Assembly (NCBI RefSeq): GCF_006345805.1
Contig: NW_021834271.1
Coordinates: 1-50,192, forward strand
DNA from: Octopus sinensis
Lineage: Eukaryota
Reading direction: 5' to 3'
DNA: 50,192 bases
The position numbers were made by a program, and so were the translations under genes. The stretch's first letter is position 1; each line of letters starts with the position of its first letter. The notes below the pieces were generated by a model. That model worked only from the letters and a program-made list of their open reading frames with translations, did no database searches and was not told the DNA's origin. This document shows positions 36,669-47,684 of the stretch, in pieces.

Positions 36669-37369
36669 TGAATGTACCTCATATTTTAGACCTATTTGTT
36701 CTTGGGTGAATTATATCCAGGCAACAACTCGTCGAATCACAAAGCCTATTTTTTTTTATGAAGCAGTGCCCCATATGCTGCGGTACAAGCTTCAGGTCAG
36801 TGTTTCGCACACAACTTTTGCCTGTTGGCGAGTTTCGTCTTCAGTTTTGAAGTTCAAGTTGTCAGGTCTTTGTCATTTGCCTTTCTCTCTGTATAAGACT
36901 CACACCAGACGTCTGCTAGCGTCTCCTCATTTCAGGTTGGGTGTAGTACTTCAGTTTTTCTCCGTGCTCGATTCTGAACATAATTTTCATGCACTGATAT
37001 TTAGTTTTCTTTAACACAATTCTTTGACTGGTCTGTTTTAGACTGCTTATTGTACATGTCAAAAATTTAACATTGGAGGTGACCAAGGCAAAACTAATTT
37101 CATGTATGGACTTTTTGCTGTCAACTACATTGTGCTGTGTGCAAATGCCAGAGTTATTTTTGCTATTATCTTGGTTGTCTCCAAGCAAAGTCTCGGAATC
37201 AACAAAAAAGATATTTATTTCTAACAATGCCAAATATTCTTCTCCTAAATTTTGTAAGAACAATTGCTAAGCAGTTTTGCTAGTATTACTATGCTTAACA
37301 AAAGCAGAACTGCCTTTTTTGTCTGCTGCAGAAGGTGTCTTCTCCACTGCGGAAATTTGAAGTTTTATA

Positions 37370-38565
37370 TATTTAGTGTATGTGTGTATGTCTGTGTGTA
37401 TGTATGTGCGTATAGGAGTATGTAGGTATGTGTGTGTGTTTGTGTATGGGTGTATGTATGTATGTGTGTGTGTGTGTGTGTGCATGTGTATAAGTATATG
37501 TGTATGTGCGTATGTGTGTGTATGTGTATGTGTGTGTGTTTATGTATGTGTGTATGTATGTGTGTAGGCGTGTGTGTGTAGATGTATGTATGTATGGGTG
37601 TGTGTCTGTGTGTGTTTGCGTGTGTGTGTAGGTAGGTGTGTGTGTCTGAGTGAGGGTATGGCTGTGTAGGTGTGTGTGTGTATGAATGTAAGTGTGTGTG
37701 TGTACAAGTGTAATGTATGTATGTAGGTGTGTGTGTGTGTATGTGTACGTGTGCGTGTGTATGTGTGTGAGTGTATGGGTGTATGTCTGTGTGTGTGTAT
37801 GTCTGAAGTAGGTATGTGTGTGTATGTATGTATGTGTGTGCGTGTGCGGGTATGTGTGTGTGTGTGTGTATGTGTGTGTGTGAGTAGGTGTGCGTGTATG
37901 TATGTGGGTATGGATGCATGCGAGTGTGTGGGTATGTATGCATACATACGCGCGCGCACACCCGAAGCAAGCCCATGCACACGAAGCGCGCTCGCGCACA
38001 CAACACACAAGCAATACAACGCAAGCCCATGGGGCCGACCAAGCCCCGAGCGCGCGCCAAGGCGCGCGAGCGCAAAGGCGCGCGAGCGCAAAGGCCCTCG
38101 AACGACCCGCTACGCGGGAACCGAGGATCCATCAGCCAAAACCGGAAAGCAGAAAAGAGGGGGGGGGGGCTGCCTGGATGCAAAAAGGTGTATGTGTTGT
38201 GCATTCAGTGTAGGGTGTGCATGTGTGGGTATGTATGTATGTGTGTGCCTCCATGTATGTGTGCATGTGTGTGTGTGTGAAGTATGTACGTGCGGTGTGT
38301 GTGTGTGAGTGTGTGTGTATGTATGTGCGTATGTATGTGTGTATGTATGTGTTTATGTATGTCTGTGTGTGTGTGTGTAAGTATGTATGTGTGTGTGTAT
38401 GTATGTATGTGTGTGTGTATGTGCATGTGGGTTTGTATGTAGTGTGGTGCATGTATGTCTATAAGTGTGTGTGATTAAATGTGTGAATGTATGTACGTAG
38501 ATTGGTCCACGTATGTGTGTGTGTGAACAGGCGTGTGGGAGGTAGGTAGGTGTGTGTGTGTGGGT
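37370..38565. repeat. Long (TG/TATG) compound microsatellite with an anomalous GC-rich patch at 37945-38190
   Basis: Direct reading. Confidence 0.95.
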
Positions 38566-38569
38566 GGTG

Positions 38570-39545
38570 TATCCGGGAAACAAAAAAAAAAGAAGAGGAC
38601 CTCAAGAGGAGGGGGCTGTGTTAAGTCCGTGTGGGGTAGTAGTTTGTAGGGTGAAGATGTAGCGTTGCTCCAAGTGGAGCCTGGAAAGTGGGCGACCATT
38701 GTGGGGGGCGAGACTAAACACTGAGATCTCATCTAGGGAATGGCCGGCCGAGCGGAAGTGGCGTGCGACGGGAGAAAGAGAGTGTAGGCGAACGTCCCTC
38801 AAATGTTCTGTGAATCGGTCGGACAACCGGCGTCCCGTCTGTCCTACATACAGCATCCCGCATAGGTTGCATTTAATGCAGTAAATAAGGCCAGACTAGG
38901 TGCACGTAAAAGAGTGCCTAATGCGTACAGTATGCTGGTTGGAGCCGGTGACAGCGGTGGTGTTGGTGATGAAGGGGCAAGTGTTGCAGCGGGATCTAGA
39001 GCAAGGGAATGATCCGTGTGGGGCTGAGGGGGAAGGAGAGAGGGTGCTGTGGACCAGGAGGTCACGCAGATTGCGGGCTCGTTTGAAGGAGGACAGGGGT
39101 GGGTTAGGGAAAAAGGGGCGGGTGGTGGGGGATCAAGCTGGAGGCGACGGAAGCACGTAGTATCTTGCGACGAAGGGGTAGGGTAGAGGGGTGGAAAAGG
39201 AGGGGGAAGGGGGTGGCGGTTGGGGGTGGGCGGGGGGAAGGAGACAGGGCGGTGGTGCGGTCAATGCGACGGGCGCGGGTGAGGGCATCAGAGAGGAGTA
39301 TGGGTGGGTAACCTCGGAGTCTGAACATGCGGGCCAGGTATTGAGATTGGGTCTCGAAATCCTGGTCGCGGCTGCACAAACGTCGGAGGCGGAGGAACTG
39401 GGAGTAGGGGATGGCTCGTTTGGTGTGGAAGGGGTGGGAGGAAGAGAAGTTGAGATAGAGGTGGGAATCCGTAGGTTTAAAGAAAGCGGTGGTGGTGAGA
39501 GAGTTGGAGGGGTGATCGATGCGGAGAGAGATGTCAAGGAATATA
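38570..39545 (-). mobile_element. 5'-truncated Penelope-like element: RT thumb + GIY-YIG endonuclease, inactivated
   Basis: FLDISL...FFKPTDSHLYLNFSSSHP...RAIPYSQFLRLRRLCS (39104-39545); CSRSRCNTC linker; LIYCIKCNLCGMLYVGQTGRRLSDRFTEH...VARHF...LEQRYI...PHGLN. Frameshift near 39110-39150 and in-frame TAG at 38896-38898. Confidence 0.92.
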
Positions 39546-39557
39546 TATATATATATA

Positions 39558-40022
39558 TTTAGTGTAGGAAGAAATGGAGCTGAACGAAGATTTAACAAAA
39601 TTCCTTTTCATTATTTTCTACATATGTTTCAAAGGCTGCAAAGTCCCTAATTCGGATTGAATAAGGAGTCCATTTTGCAGCCTTCTCTTCAGGAAAATCC
39701 AGGAACTTAATTCTCCAACAAAATGCACAGCAAGCTTTTCGACAAACGCTCACGAGGAGCCCATGGAATAAATGGCACAAACTGTCTATCAATATGCGTT
39801 GACGCCAGGCTGGGTGAAAGCCGACGAGAAAGTCCGTTGAGATAATTCAAGGTCAAAATCCGGTTAACAGAAGGGGAGTACAGGAAAATCAGTACTAAGG
39901 CACGGATTTTAGGCCCCATGGTCGTAACCTCAACCGTGCTTTTTCTGTTGTGATTTTTGCTACCCAGGTGTCGGTTATCATTTGAATAATCCGTAATAAG
40001 ATAATTCATTTATCTACTTCAA
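39558..40022. mobile_element. Second, diverged family of PLE-type pLTR element, between (TA)n tracts
   Basis: Shares GAAGAAATGGAGCTGAACG and AACCGTGC...GTGATTTTTGCTAC blocks with 28930-29759, but in opposite relative orientations (inversion). Confidence 0.75.
39613..39698 (-). ncRNA. Minimal type I hammerhead ribozyme (variant family)
   Basis: ATTTTC-CTGAAGA-GAAGGCTGCAAA...TTTGCAGCCTTT-GAAAC-ATAT-GTA-GAAAAT: 6 bp stem I, 12 bp stem II, GUA triplet. Confidence 0.82.
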
Positions 40023-40080
40023 TATATATATATATATATGTATGTATATATGTGTATATATATATATATGTATATATGTG

Positions 40081-40126
<46 letters not shown>

Positions 40127-40142
40127 TCTTTTTATATATATA

Positions 40143-40159
<17 letters not shown>

Positions 40160-40173
<14 letters not shown>

Positions 40174-40390
40174 ATGTATCTATGTGTCTGTGTTTGTTTC
40201 CCACTGCCGTTTGACAACCAGTGTTGCTGTGTTTACGTACCTGTAACATAGCGGTTCGGCAAAGAGATCGATAGAATAAGTACAATGCTTAAAAAAAGTA
40301 CTGGAGTCGATTCATTCGACTAAAAACTCTAGAAGGTGGTGCCCCAGCATGGCCGTAATGTAATGACTAAGACAAGTAAAAGATAAAAAA
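40160..40390 (+). mobile_element. Diverged SINE family A, 3' half
   Basis: TTGACAACC...GCGGTTCGGCAAAGAG...CCAGCATGGCC...CAAGTAAA. Confidence 0.75.
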
Positions 40391-41014
40391 ATAAAAATTA
40401 TATATGAAATAGCCCTCGTGACACAGGAGAATTTCAAACTTGAGCCAATGAATGAATCCTACAGAATGAGCCTGACCACGCAGGGTATAAACCCTCGTCC
40501 CACTTTTATTCTTCAACCTACAGGCGCATACTTAGTGTAGGTCCATTTTCCCTCCTAGACTCACCCAGCTTTTGACAAAGGAGCAGAAGATATAGAAGAA
40601 GGAGGAGGAGTAGAAAAATAATTAATATGCAATATATGTGAAGCTTAAATAGAATTGCTTCGTGGTGTGTAGGAATGTTCTGTAAAAAGCGATAAGTGCA
40701 CGGCATTTTAACAGCATGAGCTTTCTACTCACTCATAAATGCTGCCTAAACAACGTAAGAGAAACAAGAACTACATTAAGAACAGCAAAAGAAACATTAA
40801 GGAGGAATAGGTGGAACTACAACATCATAAATATTAATGAAGGAAAAAATAACCTGAACAACAAACCCTTGCCACCAAAAACTATGCAGTCTTCAACAAA
40901 ACTAATCTATGCAATTACAAGCTCAGGATTGACAGGCGTTCAGAAGTATTATACTCAATGTCATTCATTCATATAATATATATATATATATATTTATTTT
41001 ATAGAAGGAGCTTC

Positions 41015-41056
<42 letters not shown>

Positions 41057-41260
41057 ATATATATAGGGAGAGTTTACGAAAAAACAAAAGACGAAGATAG
41101 GTGGTGTACAAAACAAACAGATTATTAGTATAACGCTCAGGAATAAAAAAGTCTTTTACGTTTCGAGCCTACGCTCTTCTATAGAAAGGCACACAGAAAA
41201 AAACAAGGAGAGAAACAAAGAGAGAAAAAAATGTGTGTAGTGGCTAACGATCTATCATGG

Positions 41261-41327
<67 letters not shown>

Positions 41328-41389
41328 ATAAAACTTATTGGTGAATTGAAGAAATGGAGCTGAACGCAGATTGAACAGAAATCGTTTTA

Positions 41390-41477
41390 TTTCATTCTAC
41401 ACGTGTTTCGAAAGGCACAATTACCAAAATCCGATTGAATAATGGGACCATATTGTGTCTTTCTCTTCAGGAAGAAA
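41390..41477 (-). ncRNA. Minimal type I hammerhead ribozyme
   Basis: Same fold as 28985-29073, with intact CTGAAGA/GAAAC/GTA. Confidence 0.8.
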
Positions 41478-41705
41478 AAAGGAAATCCGTTGGAAAAACA
41501 AAAACAGAACAGAGGCGGAGCAAAAAACAATCGAACTGTGCTCCTAAGAGCCCATGGCGAACTGTTTATCAGTGTATGTTGAGAACCGGTGGCTGAAGAA
41601 TTCAACGGGTCAGGCATCGGTCAATCATGTGGGTGAGGGTGTATAGATGTTCTTTGTGACCGAGAATAAGATCTGACTATTTAAAGAATATTGGATGTTT
41701 TATAA

Positions 41706-42503
41706 GTGGCGAGAAAAAATCTACTTAGAGACGTGTGTGTGTGTATACTGTTCTATATATGTGTGTGTTGGCGTAGGGGTAGAAAACATTTTTTGTGTAC
41801 GTGTGTGCGTTTGATCGTTCGGCTGTCAGTGGCTACTGCCGTGATAACCGTTGGGTGGCAGGTGGTTGACGGTAACAATGGGAGTAGGGTAGAAAGCCCC
41901 ATTAGCATCCCCAGCATCATTTCCCGCAATAGCAGTACCACGGGCAGTAGCAATGACAGCACTCTGATAGATAGTGGAGAATCAGGGGTTATTCCTATAG
42001 TTAATAGTGACGTAGTGGAAAATAGAGTAGTAAGCGGCTGCAGGTCTCGGAACGAATATAGTGACAGGAACGCAGTTCTAATTTCAGAAACTAATCCTAG
42101 CAGAATAAGATTCACGTCGGCGAACTCCAAGATCAAAAACGCCGTCTACCAATGCAAGGTTTACACGGACTCAGATGCCTTCACTTATGTAGGGGCATCA
42201 TCCTCAAGATTGTCTTTGCGTGTCTCCAACCATTACGCAACTTTTCGGGACGTGAACAAGCGCCAGACCACGGGACTCAGTAAGCTAATATGGCGACTGA
42301 AGGATGCGAACTTAAGCTATAGGCTGGAATGGTCAATTTTGTCGGTGGCCCTCCCATTTGATAGGGGCAGAAGACAGTGCAACCTTTGTGTCTCCGAACT
42401 CTTCCATATTTTGTTTGCCAGAGGCCGGATGGTAAACGGGCTCTTACAGTCGGCTTTTCGATGCCCCCATTGGCGGCGTTACACTTATCTGGCCTTTAAA
42501 TAG
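41706..42503 (+). CDS. GIY-YIG endonuclease reading frame of a PLE; no RT and no upstream ATG
   Basis: AVYQCKVY...TYVG, R..H (LRVSNH), LSKLIWRLK, CNLCVSE (catalytic Glu) and MVN are present without stops. The N-terminal part is the inverted arm plus an S/N/T-rich linker. Confidence 0.85.
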   Translation: MARKNLLRDVCVCILFYICVCWRRGRKHFLCTCVRLIVRLSVATAVITVGWQVVDGNNGSRVESPISIPSIISRNSSTTGSSNDSTLIDSGESGVIPIVNSDVVENRVVSGCRSRNEYSDRNAVLISETNPSRIRFTSANSKIKNAVYQCKVYTDSDAFTYVGASSSRLSLRVSNHYATFRDVNKRQTTGLSKLIWRLKDANLSYRLEWSILSVALPFDRGRRQCNLCVSELFHILFARGRMVNGLLQSAFRCPHWRRYTYLAFK

Positions 42504-43109
42504 CGTTTATAAATAATACCGGCACCCATAGCCCTTGGTAACAAATTCTGAAATAGCCTTTAAGATATCTACGATTGACCACTGCAAGGGGAATTACTCC
42601 TGTAAGACAAACGGGGCTTGGTTTTTTCACAGCGGGGGGGGTTTCCTTGACAAGGTAGGCTTAGATGAACACACACACACATAAAACATAATATATATAT
42701 ATAATTTTTTTATTTTTTTCTTTCTGCCACCCAACGGTTATCACGGCAGTAGCCACTGACAGCCGAACGATCAAACGCACACACGTACACAAAAAATGTT
42801 TTCTACCCCTACGCCACACAACATATATAGAACAGTATACACACACACACGTCTCTAAGTAGATTTTTTCTCGCCACTTATAAAACATCCAATATTCTTT
42901 AAATAGTCAGATCTTTATTCTCGGTCACAAAGAACATCTATACACCCTCACCCACATGATTGACCGATGCCTGACCCGTTGAATTCTTCAGCCACCGGTT
43001 CTCAACATACACTGATAAACAGTTTCGCCATGGGCTCTTAGGAGCACAGTTCGATTTGTTTTTTGCTCCGCCTCTGTTCTGTTTTTTGTTTTTCCAACGG
43101 ATTTCCTTT

Positions 43110-43197
43110 TTTCTTCCTGAAGAGAAAGACACAATATGGTCCCATTATTCAATCGGATTTGGTAATTTGTGCCTTTCGAAACACGTGTAGAATGAAA
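43110..43197 (+). ncRNA. Minimal type I hammerhead ribozyme
   Basis: TTTCTTC-CTGAAGA(43117)-stem II-GAAAC(43178)-ACGT-GTA-GAATGAAA. Confidence 0.8.
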
Positions 43198-43600
43198 TAA
43201 ACGATTTCTGTTCAATCTGCGTTCAGCTCCATTTCTTCAATTCACCAATAATGTTTTAATTTCAATTATCCGCACCAACGCACGGTTGCAACGCCAGATG
43301 GTTGTACCTCCAACCGTGCTGTTTACTGCTGTGATTTTTGCTACTAAGGTATCGGTTAAACTGTTGATTAATCTACTACAAGATTATTCATCTTTCTATT
43401 TCACATAATATATATATATATATATATATTAAAACTATAATTTAGGGTATCTAAGAGATACCACCACGCTCGAAATAGCAGTCAAAACTTGACTTTAAAA
43501 CCACCTTAAATTCATATATATATGTTACATGCACACACACGTACATACACGCACAGACCGATGCATATTAATTATATATACATACATTCATACGTATACA

Positions 43601-44058
43601 CAGACACAAACACACACACACACACATATGACAGAAGTAAATAGACACCCTTATAATCATTAAAATTTATTTAAATCTGAAATTATAATTCAATTTATTT
43701 ATCAATTATTATAATGAGAATATCTAATATTTAGTAGACATGTCCTTTGCATTTTTCAGTGCAAGGATCCTATAAGGCATGCTACTGATCAGATGACGGA
43801 TATTCTCTTGTGGAATTTCTTGCCAATTTTTGTGTAATAATCTCAAAATATCTGGCTTTGAGGATGTTCTGGTATTACGTGAACCAGTCCCAATGACTAA
43901 ATATTAAGCCTCAACGTTAACCTTGGGAAAGGAGGAGACGTTAAAGTAAACAATTACTAAACCAGTAGAAGGCAACAGGTAACCGTTGCTGTCTCTTTCC
44001 CAAGAAAGATTATGGATCTTTAGACTTTAGCATTGAGTACTATTGCCAACGCATGGAA

Positions 44059-44103
<45 letters not shown>

Positions 44104-45224
44104 AAGCACGTGATTGTCCACACTTACGGAAGGAGCCTAATAAAACACTAACAGCGGTGAACAATAGTAAAACATGGCTTCTTCTTTTATAACTCATTTA
44201 AAACTTGTCAATGTGGGAGCTTCTACATAGTCGTTTGATGAAGTGTCCTGTCCATTATACTCCAGAGGTGTTCAATGGGGTTCATATCTGGTGATTGGCT
44301 TGGCCATAGAATTTTTTTTAATGCCATTCTTTTTTAACCAATGTTAGCTCTTTTTAACCGTGTGGTAAGGAGGCCCATCTTACATAAATAGTCTTTTTTA
44401 ATCATTTTACCATTGCAGAAGATTGGAAGGAGTCCTTTCTGCAGTATGAACATATATTTACCTGATTTTATGTTGCTATCACACTCCACCAGCTCTGATT
44501 GGCCATTGCTCCAAATTGCTCTCCAGACCATCACAGAATAGCTGCCTTGTTTCATTGTTGGCAGCAATCTTTTGATATCAAATTCTTGATCACAGAATCT
44601 CTAGACCCACACTCGACCACTGTAAAAAACAAATACAGCAAATCTGGACTCATCAGAGAATATGATAGTGTCCCAAAATGCTAGCGGCCACTCCATCATC
44701 TCACTGGCCCAATCTTTTCTCCACTTGATATTGGCTAGTTGAAGAAATGGCTTCCTACTTACTGTTCTGCCATAGGAGCCAAATTTGTGGAGATACCTGA
44801 CAGCCATTCTGGGACTGACATCAACTTGTTCTGCAGTAGCAGAGGCCTTGCTATGAGGACTATCCTCCACACTTAACAAAGCAAATGGTCCTGTCAGAGG
44901 GCCCTGGTCGACATGGATAAGGTAATGTGGACTCCTTCCCCTCTCTTGTGAAATTCACAATAACCCTATTAACTGTAGAGAGCAGGATCCCATGTTGTTT
45001 TTGCGATTTTACGCTGACTATGTCCACCTTTAGATTGACCCACAATACGGCCTCTTTGAAATTTGGACAGTTCCAAGGTTTCTTTTGTATGTGGCATAAT
45101 TAAGCAGTCACATATAGAACCTGAAACATAAAAATGTCCATTAATAAAAAATATAAATCTTTTCAAGTTAAAATAAACAGAAAACAATGTTTTATGGGGT
45201 GTCTATTTACTTCTGTCATGTCTG
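43601..45224 (-). mobile_element. Tc1-family DNA transposon, degenerate transposase
   Basis: TIR core ATGACAGAAGTAAATAGACACCC at 43628-43650 and inverted at 45197-45219; right end CTG|TA. Peptides [38 protein letters not shown] and WPSQSPDMNPIEHLW. Confidence 0.9.
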
Positions 45225-45225
45225 T

Positions 45226-45279
<54 letters not shown>

Positions 45280-45552
45280 TGTTGTATTTCGGAATGGTCA
45301 TTTTGCCAGTTTAGCCAATAAAAACACACGCACTATATATTTGGTGTTACTTTGCTTCAGTGTTATTTATTTTTTACATTAATCTTAATCTTATTTCGGC
45401 CAGAGTTCTTTCGTCACACTCCTGTGACCGCATCAGTGAGTTTGCTTTCTTATTTCTTATTTGTGTGCCTCTCCTTACTAACCGTCAGCCATTTTGTATT
45501 TCTATTGTATTTATTGGCTAAACTGGCAAAATGACCATTTCGAAATACAACA
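45280..45552. mobile_element. 273 bp MITE-like element with TGTTG...CAACA ends, 43 bp TIRs and apparent ATAT TSD
   Basis: TIR TGTTGTATTTCGGAATGGTCATTTTGCCAGTTTAGCCAATAAA with one mismatch; ATAT at 45276-45279 and 45553-45556. Confidence 0.8.
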
Positions 45553-46629
45553 ATATCTGTTTCAACACACGACTTCACATAAAAAATCTTGCACAACGTG
45601 TATATATATATATAAATGTTTGTTGTTATTTTAAGTTAAAAATAAAAGTAGTTTTGTATTAATCTGATGTGTTGCCCATTACTTTTGCATAATGCAATTT
45701 TATTATTCTTAAACATGTATGTCATGATATATAAAATATCTTCATTGGAAAGGGAATTGAAGAAATACTTGTAAGCCATAAACTTTAGCTCCATAAAACA
45801 CAGAGTTTAAAATTTCTTCATAATAATCAAATTACTCACAGAACAATGAACTCCTGGAGAGAACCATACTGGCCAACAACCTTTACAGCAACCCACAGCC
45901 TCTTATGAACATCAAAGCACAAGATAAACGAATTTCTATGCTAGCAATGCAATGATATATCCAACTAATATCTCTCACCTTCCAGTTTACAAGCAGGAAA
46001 TTCTTAAATAACAGCAACAAGTAAAGAAAATGATCAGCTAAAACATTACCTACTTACATTCTTTTGTGAACCCTTACAAAATTCCATTACGAAATTGTTG
46101 AGGTACCCCATTACTAAGTTTTCAAATAATGGACTAATATTTGAACGTTTGACCTTTAAAATGTCAAGGCAAAGGATTAAATCTAATAAAACCAAAAAAT
46201 AATGATAATTAGTGAGACATCAGAGGCTTACCTACATCTTTTCTGTGAACCACTAAAAAAAAAAAAGACAAAAAAAAAACAATTCCATGCCTGAAGGGAA
46301 ACACCTCAATATACACATCTATTTACAAAACTACATAGATGAATAAATTCTAAACAATAATATTACCGAACATTTAATCAATAAAAATTTCTCCAAAACA
46401 CCTCTCCACCACAACTCACACTACAACGTAGTTACTAATCCACTCAAACCCACACACTCAAAGAAAATATTAACTCTACAGAGATTATATAAAGCCAAGA
46501 TTAACTTCAATGCATCGTAGTCCGATGATGGTTTAGATGGCCGAAATTTCGAAGTCACAGCCAATAATATACTTGTTTAAGAATAATATATATATTATTT
46601 TCTGTGTAGGGAGAATAAAAAATTCATAA

Positions 46630-47450
46630 TAGAACAAAAATTTATTCTAGAGAATAACTACTTTATGCAACGGAAAAAATCTGGGACTGCTATGGGGATG
46701 AAAACAGCACCCATAATTGCAAATCTAGTTAGGGACTAGATGATGTGCCAAAAATTACTGCGAAAATATAACTCTTATTTGATATACAAAAAAAAAATCA
46801 GGAAGAGCATAGAGAACTAAAAAGATTTTGAAGCTGTTCTCAATGGAATCGATGAAAATATACAATTCTCAGTGGAATATAGCCATAAGCAACTCCCCGG
46901 CATTCCAATGAAGAAAGTCAACAATCAAACAGAGACTTATGGAGTCTAATCAGTATCTTCTAATCAATTCATACCATCCGAGACACACCAGACTAAATGT
47001 CTCTTATAACCAAGCCAAAATGATATGCACAACAACAGCCGATGCTAAATTCTTGACATAAAGCCTAAAGACCCGAAGGATACATTCCTTGACAGGAATT
47101 ACTTACCATCCTTAATCGATAATGGAATAAAACAATCCAAGAAATTCAATATACATGAAGCAAGAGAAATAAAACAAATTATTATATAGGAATTGAATGT
47201 CCTACCATAAATTTCTATCTAAAATCCCCTAACAATACGGTTTATACCATCATATTCCAAATATACCGACACCATAAAAAGGATACCAGGCTGAATCAAA
47301 TCCTCCAAACACATATCATCATAAAGAGCAAAGGACAACCCGAATCAATCTGAAAATGCTAACAAAGGTCATACGTCAAACAACAACAGGACTAACAATA
47401 ACAAATGCGGAAGCTCTAACTGTGAGAGAAACATGCGAACTTCTAGGATT
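46630..47450 (+). mobile_element. Old, highly degenerate Penelope-like RT relic; may extend upstream to ~45850
   Basis: KFILENNYF, GTAMGMKTAPIIANL (46683-), LNGIDENIQFSVE, QYLLINSYHPRH...SYNQA, IIKSKGQP and KCGSSNC. Confidence 0.8.
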
Positions 47451-47684
47451 GATATCATGAAAAATGAATTTAATTTGATTTATTTCAATCATTTTCCCTT
47501 TAATTCAGTATGATTAGATCGCCTTTTTCAGCGATTGAAACCGGTAGCATATTTTGATATAAATAGCTTCTTAGTTTTATCCACGATAAAGTTTCCAAGG
47601 TATTTCTTTTTTTCTGTTTTTTTAATATAAATTTACTTATGTGAAACCTCTTAACATTATTTTCAATATGCATATATCTATACA

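Larger units (their letters stand above)
41335..43409 (+). mobile_element. Penelope-like element: inverted pLTR (41335-41861) + GIY-YIG coding region + sense pLTR with 3' extension
   Basis: 41335-41861 is the reverse complement of 42724-43251. There are hammerheads in both arms and (TA)n flanks. Confidence 0.85.

Noticed and set aside
38896-38898. Selenocysteine-type readthrough in the Penelope ORF
   Set aside because: The in-frame stop is TAG, not TGA, and the ORF also has a frameshift.
40560-40679. Minus-strand exon with a hydrophobic LLLL stretch and gtgagt donor
   Set aside because: The peptide is low-complexity (CTT/CTC repeats) and could not be linked in phase to the other candidates.
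41706-41861. N-terminus of the 265 aa ORF as a genuine protein start
   Set aside because: It begins at GTG inside the inverted arm and is partly microsatellite. There is no ATG before the nuclease domain, so the open frame here is probably fortuitous.
46515-46555. Hammerhead-like CCGATGA...GGCCGAAA near the PLE relic
   Set aside because: Stems I and III do not pair convincingly.
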